64,000 nucleotides of DNA, taken from the NCBI GenBank assembly GCA_963666565.1, contig OY762911.1, forward strand, positions 608,001-672,000. The letters are read 5' to 3'. Below are positions 54,542-63,713 of this stretch, piece after piece. The notes below the pieces were generated by a model. The model had not been told where the DNA came from. It was given only the letters and a program-made list of their open reading frames with translations, and ran no database searches. A program made the position numbers and the translations under genes. How positions within the stretch are numbered: the first letter of the stretch is position 1; every line of letters starts with the position of its first letter. This DNA is from Thermoanaerobaculia bacterium. Lineage in GTDB: Bacteria > Acidobacteriota > Thermoanaerobaculia > Multivoradales > Multivoraceae.

Positions 54542-56116
54542 TCAGATCGACAGGCGCTCGACGCGGCCCGAGCGCGACAGGACCAGGTCGAAGAGCAGAC
54601 GGCTGTTGAAGACGGCCGTGAACACGGAAGCCAGGATGCCCACGGTCAGGGTCACCGCGAAGCCGCGGATCGCGCCGGTGCCGAAGTTGATCAGGAAGAT
54701 GGCGGCGATCAGCGTCGTCAGGTTCGCGTCGAGGATCGACGACCACGCCTTGCCGAAGCCCGAGACGACCGCCGCCTTGACCGTGCGGCCGTTGTGCAGT
54801 TCCTCGCGGATCCGCTCGAACACGAGCACGTTCGCGTCCACCGCCATGCCGATCGTCAGGATCAGCCCCGCGATCCCCGGCAGGGTCAGGGCGGCGCCGA
54901 AGTAGGCGAGGACGCCGAACACCAGCACGAAGTTGAGCCCCAGGGCCACCATCGCGTTGATGCCCGAAGCCTTGTAGACGACCAGCATCGCGAGGATCAC
55001 CAGTACGATGCCGAAGACGAAGGCGCGCGTGCCCTGGTCGATCGAGTCCTGCCCGAGCGACGGGCCGACCGCCTGCTGCTGCAGGTAGTTGATCCCCGCG
55101 GGCAGGGCGCCCGAACGCAGCACGGTCGCCAGGTCCTCGACCTCCTGCTGCGTGAAGTTGCCCCGGATGACCCCGGAGTCGGAGATCCGGCCCTCGATGA
55201 TCGGCGCCGACTGCACCTTGCCGTCCAGCACGATCGCCAGCGGCCGGCCGATGTTCGCGCCGGTCCAGTCCTCGAAGATCTGTGCCCCTTCGTGGGTCAG
55301 CGAGAAGTTGACCACCGGCTCCTGGAACTGGCCGATGCCGGCCCGCGCCGTCTTCAGGTCGCGGCCGGTGATGACTGGCCGCCGCTCGAGCGCGTAGTAG
55401 GCCTGACCGACCACCGCGCCGTTCTCGTCCCGCTGGTCCTGGGCGGCGATCTCCAGGTCCTCGGGCAGCGTGCCGCCGTAGCGGTCGAGAATCTCCTGGC
55501 GGTCGAACGCCGCGCCCCCGGCCTCCGGGTAAACGGCAAGCCGGAACTCGAGGAAGGCGGTGTTCCGGATCAGGTTCTTCACCCGCTCCGGGTCGTCGAC
55601 GCCCGGCAACTGGACGACGAGCCGGTTGCTGCCCAGGCCCTGGCGCTGGATCACCGGCTCGGCGACCCCGAACTCGTCGACCCGGTTGCGGATCGTCTGC
55701 AGGGCCTGGTCGATCGCCTGCTCGCGGATCGTGTTCACCTCGTCCGGCCGGCGCTCGAAGACGACGTCCTCGCCGCTGCGGCGCCAGGTCCAGTACGGCA
55801 GCGTCTCCTCGATGATCGTGGGCAGCAGGCCGTCCCGGTCGGCGGGCAGGCCGGAGAGCCGGAACCGGACCGGCGTCTCGGTGACGGCGGTCGTTCCCTC
55901 CGCGCCCTTCTCCTCGAGTTCCTGGACCAGGCTGTCCATGTCCTTCTGCGCCTCGGCCCGCAGCGCGTCGTCGGTCAGCACCTCCAGCAGGAGGTGGATG
56001 CCGCCGCGGAGGTCGAGGCCCAGATTGATCGAGTCGGCGAGCGGAAAGGCCGAGAACGCGCAGGCCCCGACAACCGCGACGACGACCGCGCCCCGCCAGA
56101 GCAGGTTCCGGTTCAT
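54542..56116 (-). CDS. secD: Protein translocase subunit SecD
   Basis: LGLDLRGG, RNRVDEFGVAEP, GMAVDANVLVFERIREE. Confidence 0.97.
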   Translation of the reverse strand: MNRNLLWRGAVVVAVVGACAFSAFPLADSINLGLDLRGGIHLLLEVLTDDALRAEAQKDMDSLVQELEEKGAEGTTAVTETPVRFRLSGLPADRDGLLPTIIEETLPYWTWRRSGEDVVFERRPDEVNTIREQAIDQALQTIRNRVDEFGVAEPVIQRQGLGSNRLVVQLPGVDDPERVKNLIRNTAFLEFRLAVYPEAGGAAFDRQEILDRYGGTLPEDLEIAAQDQRDENGAVVGQAYYALERRPVITGRDLKTARAGIGQFQEPVVNFSLTHEGAQIFEDWTGANIGRPLAIVLDGKVQSAPIIEGRISDSGVIRGNFTQQEVEDLATVLRSGALPAGINYLQQQAVGPSLGQDSIDQGTRAFVFGIVLVILAMLVVYKASGINAMVALGLNFVLVFGVLAYFGAALTLPGIAGLILTIGMAVDANVLVFERIREELHNGRTVKAAVVSGFGKAWSSILDANLTTLIAAIFLINFGTGAIRGFAVTLTVGILASVFTAVFNSRLLFDLVLSRSGRVERLSI

Positions 56117-56424
56117 GACTTCGCCTCCTCCGCCAGACCGGTGATCGAGGACTTGGTGACCTTCACCCTGACCCCGTCGGCTATCTGCAGGATGACGGTG
56201 GTCGGCTCGGTCGACACGACGTCGCCGAAGACCCCGCCCTGGGTGAGGACCCGGTCCCCCTTCTTGAGCGCCTCGACGGTCGCCTGGAGCTGCTTGCGCC
56301 GGCGCCGCTCCGGGGCGATCAGCAGAAAGTAGAAGATGGCGCCGATCAGGATGAGCGGCAGAAACTGGATGAGACCCGAGGGCGCGGCGCCCGCGGCCAC
56401 AAACAGTGCGAAGTCAGGAATCAT
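56113..56424 (-). CDS. yajC: Preprotein translocase subunit YajC
   Basis: FYFLLIAPE, LKKGDRVLTQGG; lies between tgt and secD. Confidence 0.93.
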   Translation of the reverse strand: MIPDFALFVAAGAAPSGLIQFLPLILIGAIFYFLLIAPERRRRKQLQATVEALKKGDRVLTQGGVFGDVVSTEPTTVILQIADGVRVKVTKSSITGLAEEAKS

Positions 56425-56495
56425 CTCTGGTGCTCCCAGCAGCGTGCTCGGTTTGGCGTCGGGCCGGTCAGGCGGCCCGCACCGCAGGGCGTACC

Positions 56496-57656
56496 CTATC
56501 GCCGTTCGGCCTCCGGTTCTCCCTCCGGGCCGGCGGCGGGCATTCGGGCCGCCGCGAAGTCCGCCAGGGCGCCGTTCCCGATGGCCCCCCGCAGGCCGGC
56601 CATGAAGTCGAGGAAGAAGCGCACGTTGTGCTCGGTCGCCAGCACCTTGCCGGTGATCTCGCCGCAACGGAAGAGGTGGTGCAGGAAGGCGCGGCCGTGC
56701 CGGCGGCAGACCGGGCAGGCGCAGGCCGGGTCCACCGGACGCGGGTCGTCCCGGTAGCGCGCCTTCTTGATCCGGACGATGCCGGCCGACGAGAACAGCG
56801 TGCCGTGGCGGGCGTTGCGGGAAGGCAGCACGCAGTCGAAGAGGTCGACGCCCTGGCGTACGGCGTGGAGGATGTCCTCCGGGGTGCCCAGGCCCATCAG
56901 GTAGCGGGGACGGTCCTCCGGCAGCGCCGGCGCGACCCAGGACACCGCCCGGCGGCCCAGTTCCCGGTCCTCGCCGACGCTGACGCCGCCGATCGCGTAG
57001 CCGTCGAACGGCAGGCCGGCGATGTCCTCGGCGGCCCGGCGCCGCAGGTCCTCGAAGAAGCTGCCCTGGACGATGCCGAACAGGCCCGCGGCGCCGGCGC
57101 CGGCGCCGGCGCCGACGGCCGCGCCGCGGCGGTCGAGGGAGCGCCGCGCCCACAGGTTCGTCCGCCGCAGCGCCTCGGCCGCCGCTTCACGCTCCACCGG
57201 CCAGGGCGGGCACTCGTCGAGCACCATCGCGGTGTCGACGCCGATCCGTTCCTGGAAATCGACCACCCGCTCGGGCGTCAGTTCCACCGTGCCGCCGTCG
57301 TGCGGGCTGCGGAAGGTGACACCCGCATCGTCCACCCGTCGCAGGCCGGCCAGGCTGAACACCTGGTAGCCGCCGCTGTCCATCGCCAGCGGGCCGTCCC
57401 AGCCGACGAAGCGGTGGAGACCGCCGAGACCGGCGATCCGCTCCGCGCCGACCCGCTCCAGCAGGTGGAACAGGTTCGTCATCAGGATCCGCGCCCCGGC
57501 CGCCGCCAGCGCGTCCTGGCTCAGGCCCTTGACCGCGCCGAGCGTGCCGACCGGCATGAAGGCCGGGGTCTCGACCTCGCCGTGAGGCGTGGTCAGGCGG
57601 CCGCGGCGGGCGAGCCCGTCGCGGGAGACGACGCGGAACCGCAGGCGGCCGTTCAG
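56496..57656 (-). CDS. tgt: tRNA guanosine(34) transglycosylase
   Basis: TPAFMPVGT, DSGGYQVFSL, GIVQGS, RYLMGLG, DLFDCV, CACPVC..H; putative CTG start. Confidence 0.96.
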   Translation of the reverse strand: MNGRLRFRVVSRDGLARRGRLTTPHGEVETPAFMPVGTLGAVKGLSQDALAAAGARILMTNLFHLLERVGAERIAGLGGLHRFVGWDGPLAMDSGGYQVFSLAGLRRVDDAGVTFRSPHDGGTVELTPERVVDFQERIGVDTAMVLDECPPWPVEREAAAEALRRTNLWARRSLDRRGAAVGAGAGAGAAGLFGIVQGSFFEDLRRRAAEDIAGLPFDGYAIGGVSVGEDRELGRRAVSWVAPALPEDRPRYLMGLGTPEDILHAVRQGVDLFDCVLPSRNARHGTLFSSAGIVRIKKARYRDDPRPVDPACACPVCRRHGRAFLHHLFRCGEITGKVLATEHNVRFFLDFMAGLRGAIGNGALADFAAARMPAAGPEGEPEAERR

Positions 57657-58390
57657 TTGAGGTCGATCTCGGTGACTTCGACGTCGTCGGGCAGCGCCAG
57701 GACGAACTCCGAGTCGTCGATCGGCTCGTTCAGGACCACATCCTCGAGGGTGACGAGCCGTTCGTCGCCGCTGGCGTGGACGATCCTGAACTGCCGGGGC
57801 AGGAAGTTCTCCGGGTCGATCCAGAGGTCGATCTGCTTCACTCGCTTCTCGACGCTCCGGTAGTCCGGCGTCAGGTGCAGGTAGTAGGGGTCCCCCTCCT
57901 TCTCGGGGAACTCCGCCTGCACGGCGAAGTACTTCATCAGCGTCTCGAGGTTGCCGGCCGGCCCCATGTACTCCAGCACCTGCTCCGACAGCCGGCCCAC
58001 CGCCGTCCTCCTGGCCGTGCCGAGATCGACGTACCAGGTGATCGCCACGTCGCCGTGGACGGCCATGACGACCGGCTTCGGCTCCACGATCTCCCACCGC
58101 AGCGCGTCCGGCGGCCGGTAGCGGAACCAGCCGCGGCCCTCCTCCGGCGCCAGCAGCAGCTCGCCCTCCATGCGCTGGATCAGGCGCGCCTGCAGGGTCA
58201 CGATCCGGTTCTGCTCGTACTTCACCCGCTCGACCAGCCGGTCGAGTCGCTCGCGCAGACCGAGCCCTTCGGTCGCCGGGTCGAGCGGCGCGGGCGGAGT
58301 GTCCGGCGACTGGGCGTGGAGGACGGCGGCCGCCATCGGGGCGAGCAGCAGTCCCGCCAGCCACGGCGCGAGTGATGGGCGTTTCTTCAT
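57653..58390 (-). CDS. Outer-membrane lipoprotein carrier LolA-like protein
   Basis: Signal peptide; G..RYRPPDALRWE..EP pattern. Confidence 0.75.
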   Translation of the reverse strand: MKKRPSLAPWLAGLLLAPMAAAVLHAQSPDTPPAPLDPATEGLGLRERLDRLVERVKYEQNRIVTLQARLIQRMEGELLLAPEEGRGWFRYRPPDALRWEIVEPKPVVMAVHGDVAITWYVDLGTARRTAVGRLSEQVLEYMGPAGNLETLMKYFAVQAEFPEKEGDPYYLHLTPDYRSVEKRVKQIDLWIDPENFLPRQFRIVHASGDERLVTLEDVVLNEPIDDSEFVLALPDDVEVTEIDLN

Positions 58391-58428
58391 CGCTGCGAAC
58401 CGGCGTGGGCGACCGTAGAGTAGCAACC

Positions 58429-59613
58429 GTGGCGACGCTGTCCTTCAGAGACCCGATTCACGGCTTCATCGAGGCCGACGAGCTCGAGGCGGCGCTCGTG
58501 CGCACGCGGCCGCTGCAGCGCCTGCGCTCCATCCGTCAACTCGGCCTGACCCACCTCGTGTTCCCCGGCGCCGAGCACAGCCGCTTCGGGCACGCCCTGG
58601 GCACGATGCACTTGGCCGGTCGCGTCTACGACACCCTCGCGAAGGCCGAAGGCACGCCGCTCGAACCAGGTCCGGCGGCGCCCGCCCGCCGCCTGGTGCG
58701 GGCGGCGGCATTGCTCCACGACCTCGGCCACGCCCCCTTCAGCCACTGGGCCGAGGACCTGTTCGAGGACGGGATCGACCACGAGGAGATGAGCCGGCGC
58801 CTGCTCGCCGGCGACGAGATCGGCGCGGCGTTCGAGGAGCATGGCAACGGGATCGAGGCCCGCGACGTGATCCGCCTGCTCGCCGACGACCTCGACGGGC
58901 CGGAGCGGTTGCTGTCGCCGATCGTCTCCGGCGAACTCGACGTCGACAAGATGGACTACCTCCTGCGGGACTCCCTGTTCTGCGGCGTCCGCTACGGCAA
59001 CTTCGACCTCGACCAGGTGATCGCCACCGTCCGGCCGCTCACCGACGGCGCCGGCGTCGACCACCGGCTGGGGATCGACGCCGAGGGCCTGCACGCGGTC
59101 GAGGGCCTGATCCTGGCCCGCTACTACATGTTCACGCAGGTCTACTTCCACGTCACCGGCAAGGCGCTGGAGCTCCACCTGAACGAGTGGCTGCACGAGA
59201 AGGGAGTCGCCTGGAGCAGCGACCCGGAGCGCTTCCTGGCCGACGACGACGGCGAAATGATGACGAGGATGCGCCGTTCGGACAGCCCGCACGCCCGCGC
59301 CATCACCCACCGCGCCCACTTCCGGCTCGCCCACGAGACCGGCGAGCACCTGGACGCCGACGAGAAACGTGCGTTCGAGGAGCGGCTCGACCCGCTGCTC
59401 GAACGCTACGGCAAGGACGTCCTCGTCTCGAACTCGGCCAAGGACCCGCACCGCCTCGGCCGCGGCCGGGTGCCGGTCCGCCAGAACGGAGGGAAGCTCG
59501 TGCCGCTCGAGGAAGCGAGCCACTTCGTGCGCCACCTGCGACGCATCGACCGCTACCGGGTCTACTGCGGCGACGCCGTCTACGACGAAGTCCGGCGCGC
59601 GCTGAGCGCCTGA
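58429..59613 (+). CDS. HD-domain phosphohydrolase (dNTP triphosphohydrolase-like)
   Basis: RDPIHG, QRLRSIRQLG, HSRFGHALG, LLHDLGHAPFSH, DVDKMDYLLRD. Confidence 0.9.
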   Translation: MATLSFRDPIHGFIEADELEAALVRTRPLQRLRSIRQLGLTHLVFPGAEHSRFGHALGTMHLAGRVYDTLAKAEGTPLEPGPAAPARRLVRAAALLHDLGHAPFSHWAEDLFEDGIDHEEMSRRLLAGDEIGAAFEEHGNGIEARDVIRLLADDLDGPERLLSPIVSGELDVDKMDYLLRDSLFCGVRYGNFDLDQVIATVRPLTDGAGVDHRLGIDAEGLHAVEGLILARYYMFTQVYFHVTGKALELHLNEWLHEKGVAWSSDPERFLADDDGEMMTRMRRSDSPHARAITHRAHFRLAHETGEHLDADEKRAFEERLDPLLERYGKDVLVSNSAKDPHRLGRGRVPVRQNGGKLVPLEEASHFVRHLRRIDRYRVYCGDAVYDEVRRALSA

Positions 59614-59621
59614 TCCGCACC

Positions 59622-59760
59622 GGGTGCGCGGGTCTTCCGACCCGCACCGGGTACGCGGGTCTTCCGACCCGCTCAGGCGAACGCACTGGGTGCGCGGGTC
59701 TTCCGACCCGCTCGCCGCCGCAGGCGGCAGAAAACGCGCCGGCCGAAAGGCCGGCGCCGC
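59622..59760. repeat. Three tandem REP-like palindromes plus accessory hairpins
   Basis: Cores at 59622, 59649 and 59688; then GCCGCCGCAGGCGGC and GCCGGCCGAAAGGCCGGC. Confidence 0.92.
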
Positions 59761-59765
59761 TCGGG

Positions 59766-60554
59766 TCAGCGCGGCCGCGAAGGACCGACGAGCACGTCGT
59801 CCCGGGCGGCGGGGTGCGGCAGGCGCGCTTCGGCCCCGGCGCGAAGGCGGGCCGCGAGCCGCGCGATGGGCCGTCCCTCCCGCTCGAACTTCGCCTCGTA
59901 GTTCGTCCGCGGCCCCTCCGGCCAGCCGCCGTCCACGCGGTCGACCTCCACCGCCGGATGCAGGGCCAGCGTCTCCGCCACCGCCTCGCCGTACTCCAGG
60001 TGATCGGTCGCGAAGAACAGCCGGCCCCGGGACGGATCGAGCAGCGACAGCACGAGGTCGACGGTGCGCGGGTCGAGCAGCCGCCGGCGGTGGTGCCGGC
60101 TCTTCGGCCACGGATCGGGGAAGTAGACGTGGACCGCGCGCGCCATGCCCGCCGGCAGCAGGGTCGCGATGAGGTACAGCGCCTCGCCGCGCAGCAGCAC
60201 GACGTTCGAGAGGCCGCGCGCCGCCGCCCGCCGGGCCGCCAGCCGGAAGTACTTCGACGCCATCTCCACCCCCAGGAAGGGCCGGGGCGCGGCGGCGGCC
60301 GCCGAGGAGAGGAGGAACCGGCCCTTGCCGAAGCCGAGTTCGACTTCCCAGTCCGAGCGTTCCGCGAACGCCGACCGCAACTCGGCCCGGCAGGAGGCGA
60401 GGTCGCGGAAGCCGGCGCCGAACTGGCCGCCAATCGGTGCCGCTTCGCGGCGCGCACCTCCGGCCGCCTCCGGCGGCAGCGGGTCAGAAGACCCGCGCAC
60501 CGACAGGGCGGCCAGTTCGGCGCCGGGCCAGACGAGGACGGGCGGCGCGCTCAG
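59766..60554 (-). CDS. trmB: tRNA (guanine-N7)-methyltransferase with REP in N-terminal region
   Basis: ELGFGKG, LGVEM, NVVLLRGEA, YFPDPWPKSRHHRRR, ATD, TNYEAKF; start uncertain (CTG 60554 or GTG 60500). Confidence 0.88.
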   Translation of the reverse strand: MSAPPVLVWPGAELAALSVRGSSDPLPPEAAGGARREAAPIGGQFGAGFRDLASCRAELRSAFAERSDWEVELGFGKGRFLLSSAAAAAPRPFLGVEMASKYFRLAARRAAARGLSNVVLLRGEALYLIATLLPAGMARAVHVYFPDPWPKSRHHRRRLLDPRTVDLVLSLLDPSRGRLFFATDHLEYGEAVAETLALHPAVEVDRVDGGWPEGPRTNYEAKFEREGRPIARLAARLRAGAEARLPHPAARDDVLVGPSRPR

Positions 60555-61702
60555 AGGAGGTCCCGCCGGTCCAGGGCGCGGAGGCGCTCCACCACTTCGC
60601 GCACCTCCTGGGCCCGCTCGCGCGGCACGACCAGGACGGAGTCGCCGGTCCGCACGACGGCGAGACCTTCCACGCCGACGACCGCCACCGTCCCTTCCTC
60701 CGCGAACAGCAGGTTGTCGCGGGCGTCGACGGCGATCGCGTCGCCCACCGTCCGGTTGCCGTCTCCATCCGGCGGCAGCGCCTCCGCCAGCGACGCCCAG
60801 GAGCCCAGGTCGTTCCAGCCGCAGTCGGCGACGACGCAGCCGATCGAGTCGAGCCGCTCCATCAGCCCGTAGTCGATCGAGACCGACTCGAGGCCCGCGT
60901 AGATCTCCCGGCGGAGCGCCGCGTCGAGATCCTCAGCCACCAGCCGCTCGATGCCGGCGGCGAGCTCCGGCAGGTGCTCGCGGTAGAGATCGAGCAGCAC
61001 CGTGCCCCGAAACAGGAAGATGCCGGCGTTCCAGAAGTGGCGGCCGCCCTCCACGAAGCGCGCCGCCTTCTCCGCGTCCGGCTTCTCCGTGAACCGCACC
61101 ACGCGGTTCACCTCGCCCGGAGCCGCCCGGGCCGCCTCCGCAGGCGCCGGGAACTGGCGGTCCACCGGGTGCGCGGGTCCTCCGACCCGCTCAGGCGAAC
61201 GCGCCGGGCGCCGGCCCGGCCCCGCTTCGGCCAGCTCCAGGTAGCCGTACCCGGTCTCCGGCCAGGCCGGCGCGATGCCCACGGTGACCACGTCGTACTC
61301 GCCGCGCTCCACCGCCGCGGCGCCGCGGCGGAGCGCCTCGCGGAACGCCTCCTCGTCGGCCACCCAGTGGTCGGACGGCATGACCGCGATCACGTCCCAC
61401 CGCGCCGCCTCCGGCATCGACCGCACCGCCCAGCCGATCGCCGGCGCCGTGTTCCGGCCGCTCGGCTCGCCCAGGATCCGCGAAGGGTCGAGACCGGGCA
61501 GTTCGGCGGCGACCGCGGCCGCGAGCTCCTCGGTGGTGCAGACCCAGATCCCGCCGCTGCCGCACAGCGGCTCGACCCGGCGCGCGGTCGCCGCCGCCAG
61601 CGAACCGCCGCCCAGCAGGTCGAGGAGCTGCTTGGGGCGGCGCCGGCGGCTCAGCGGCCAGAAGCGGGAACCGATGCCGCCGGCCAGGATCAGACCGATC
61701 AT
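60551..61702 (-). CDS. manC: Mannose-1-phosphate guanylyltransferase with in-frame REP insertion
   Basis: LAGGIGSRFWPLSR..PKQ, EPSGRNTAPA, PSDH, FTEKPD, WNAGIF, SIDY, WNDLGSW. Confidence 0.95.
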   Translation of the reverse strand: MIGLILAGGIGSRFWPLSRRRRPKQLLDLLGGGSLAAATARRVEPLCGSGGIWVCTTEELAAAVAAELPGLDPSRILGEPSGRNTAPAIGWAVRSMPEAARWDVIAVMPSDHWVADEEAFREALRRGAAAVERGEYDVVTVGIAPAWPETGYGYLELAEAGPGRRPARSPERVGGPAHPVDRQFPAPAEAARAAPGEVNRVVRFTEKPDAEKAARFVEGGRHFWNAGIFLFRGTVLLDLYREHLPELAAGIERLVAEDLDAALRREIYAGLESVSIDYGLMERLDSIGCVVADCGWNDLGSWASLAEALPPDGDGNRTVGDAIAVDARDNLLFAEEGTVAVVGVEGLAVVRTGDSVLVVPRERAQEVREVVERLRALDRRDLL

Positions 61703-61723
61703 CCGAGGCTCCGTCGGCGACGC

Positions 61724-62413
61724 TCAGTCGCCGGCCGTGCCCGCGTGCCAGATCGCGACCTCGTCCAGCGACTTGCGCCGCAGGTCGGGCACCTCGCAGT
61801 CCGGCGCCGGATAGCCGACCGGGAACAGGATGTACGGCTTCTCGTTCCGCGGGCGCTCGAGGATCTCGCTAAGGAACGCCATCGGGCTCGGCGTGTGGGT
61901 CAGCGTGGCGAGCCCCATCCGGTGCAGGGCCGCGATGAACAGGCCGCAGGCGATGCCGACGCTCTCCTTGACGTAGTAGTTCTTCCGCTTGGCGCCGTGC
62001 TCGTCGAAGCCGTGAAGCTCGGCGAACACGACGACGATCCACGGCACCGTGGTCAGGAAGGGCTTCCGCCAGTCCGTGCCGAGCGGCTTGAGCGCTTCGA
62101 GCCACTCGTCCGGCATCCGCCCGCCGAGGTAGCTGTGCTTCTCCTCCGCCTCCGCCGCTTCGCGGATCCGCGCCTTGACCTCCGGGTCGCCGACGGCGAC
62201 GAACCGCCACGGCTGGCGGTGCGCCCCGGACGGCGCGGTCGAGGCCGCCTCGATCGCCCGCTCGATCAGGCGGCGCGGCACCGGTTCATCGGTGAAGAAC
62301 CGCACGCTCCGGCGGCCGTCGAACTCCTCGAAGACGGCGTCGGCGCGGCGCTCCATCTCGGCCGGCGCCACGCGCTCGGGCCGATAGGGCACGAACGCCG
62401 GCTCTTCAGCCAC
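61724..62413 (-). CDS. Nitroreductase superfamily, iodotyrosine deiodinase-like
   Basis: RRSVRFF, APSGAHRQPW, EE..Y..RM..EW...L..LGTDWRKPFL, YVKESVGIACG, THTPSPM. Confidence 0.85.
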   Translation of the reverse strand: MAEEPAFVPYRPERVAPAEMERRADAVFEEFDGRRSVRFFTDEPVPRRLIERAIEAASTAPSGAHRQPWRFVAVGDPEVKARIREAAEAEEKHSYLGGRMPDEWLEALKPLGTDWRKPFLTTVPWIVVVFAELHGFDEHGAKRKNYYVKESVGIACGLFIAALHRMGLATLTHTPSPMAFLSEILERPRNEKPYILFPVGYPAPDCEVPDLRRKSLDEVAIWHAGTAGD

Positions 62414-63491
62414 CCGCGCGCTCGAGTTCGTCCTCGACCACCTCGGCCAACTGTTCGTAGGCGACCGCCCCGGCCAGCGGCCGGCCGTTGACGAACAGCG
62501 CCGGCGTCCCGTTCACGCCGGCCTCGACGCCGGCGCGCCGGTCGGCGTGTACCCGGTCGGCGACGCCTTCCCGCTCCAGGCAGGCCGCGAACGCCTCGGC
62601 GTCGAGCCCCGTCCGGGCCGCCTTGTCCTTCAGGTCGTCCGCGGTCAGGGCGTCCTGCTCCTCGAACATCAGGTCGTGCAGTTCCCAGAATGCGCCGAGC
62701 TCCTGGGCGCAGACGCCGGCCTCGGCGGCGGCCTGGGCGTTCGGGTGGATCGCGTGCAGCGGGAAGTGGCGGAACACGAGCCGTACCCGGTCCGGGTACT
62801 CCTCCAGGATCCGCTCCAGCGTCGGCAGCACCCGCTTGCAGTACGGGCACTCGAAGTCCGACCACTCGACGATCGTCACCGGCGCCGACGCCGCGCCGCG
62901 CGCCGGGCCGCCGGCCTCCTCGACCTCGAGCCGGTACGGGTCGAGCAGGTACTCGATGTCGTGGCCGTCCTCCAGGGCCTCGACGAACCGCTGCTGCGCC
63001 ATGAACGCGCGCACCTGGGGCTCGATCTCCTCGCGGTCGCCCCGGATGCGGCCCTCGTTCTCAGTGAAGAAAGCGTCGACGTCCTCGTCCGTCAGGCCGG
63101 CTTCGAGCCGCTCCATCTCCGCCGCCTGCCAGTCGGCGGCGGCGAGGCCCGCGCTCTCCGCGCCGGCCTGGAGCAGGCGGTCGCGCACGATCCCCTCGAG
63201 CGTCCGCTCGATCAGTCCGTGGCGTTCCGAGGCGGCCTGCAGCTCGCACTGGATGAGCTGCTCCTCCAGTTGATCCAGTTGCGGGGCAGCCTGTTCGAGC
63301 GCCTCGCCGTAGCCGATGTCCACGCCGTCCAGCCGCGCCGCGACACGCTCCTCGACCGGATCCTCCTGGGCCGCCGCCCCGGACCCCGGCCGCAGGACCA
63401 GGAAGCCGATGACCGCCAGCAGCGCCGCGTAGAGCGCCAGGTGCAGCGCCCAGACGGGCCGGTTCTTGTGCTCGGAAGTGTCTGTGCTCAA
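62406..63491 (-). CDS. DsbA/thioredoxin domain membrane-anchored protein
   Basis: SDFECPYC, RHFPL..HPNA, GVNGTP; TTG start after GGAGG. Confidence 0.9.
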   Translation of the reverse strand: MSTDTSEHKNRPVWALHLALYAALLAVIGFLVLRPGSGAAAQEDPVEERVAARLDGVDIGYGEALEQAAPQLDQLEEQLIQCELQAASERHGLIERTLEGIVRDRLLQAGAESAGLAAADWQAAEMERLEAGLTDEDVDAFFTENEGRIRGDREEIEPQVRAFMAQQRFVEALEDGHDIEYLLDPYRLEVEEAGGPARGAASAPVTIVEWSDFECPYCKRVLPTLERILEEYPDRVRLVFRHFPLHAIHPNAQAAAEAGVCAQELGAFWELHDLMFEEQDALTADDLKDKAARTGLDAEAFAACLEREGVADRVHADRRAGVEAGVNGTPALFVNGRPLAGAVAYEQLAEVVEDELERAGG

Positions 63492-63531
63492 GGGTCGCCT
63501 CCTCTTCCGCGAGGACTCTACCGGAGCCACT

Positions 63532-63696
63532 GGGTGCGCGGGTCTTCCGACCCGCCGCTGGGTGCGCGGGTCTTCCGACCCGCATGCCGCCGAAGGCGGC
63601 GGAAAACAACGTCGCCGGCCTTTGGCCGGCGGCATTCTTTCCGGGCTACGCCGCTTCGCGGCTTCGCCCGAAGCGGGTCGGAAGACCCGCGCACCC
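63532..63696. repeat. REP cluster with inverted pair (REPIN-like)
   Basis: Direct copies at 63532 and 63560; inverted copy at 63673. Confidence 0.9.
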
Positions 63697-63713
63697 AGCG
63701 CACCCAGCAGCCG

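Noticed and set aside
59622-59711. Tandem 24-bp repeats as a CRISPR array
   Set aside because: Spacers are only 3-15 bp, at most three copies per cluster, dispersed in both orientations, and there are no cas genes; this is REP behaviour.
63492-63635. REP-encoded N-terminal extensions of dsbA (to 63635) and of the PKD lipoprotein (to 51030)
   Set aside because: Better starts with RBS or signal peptide exist downstream (63491 and 50871), so these REPs are intergenic.
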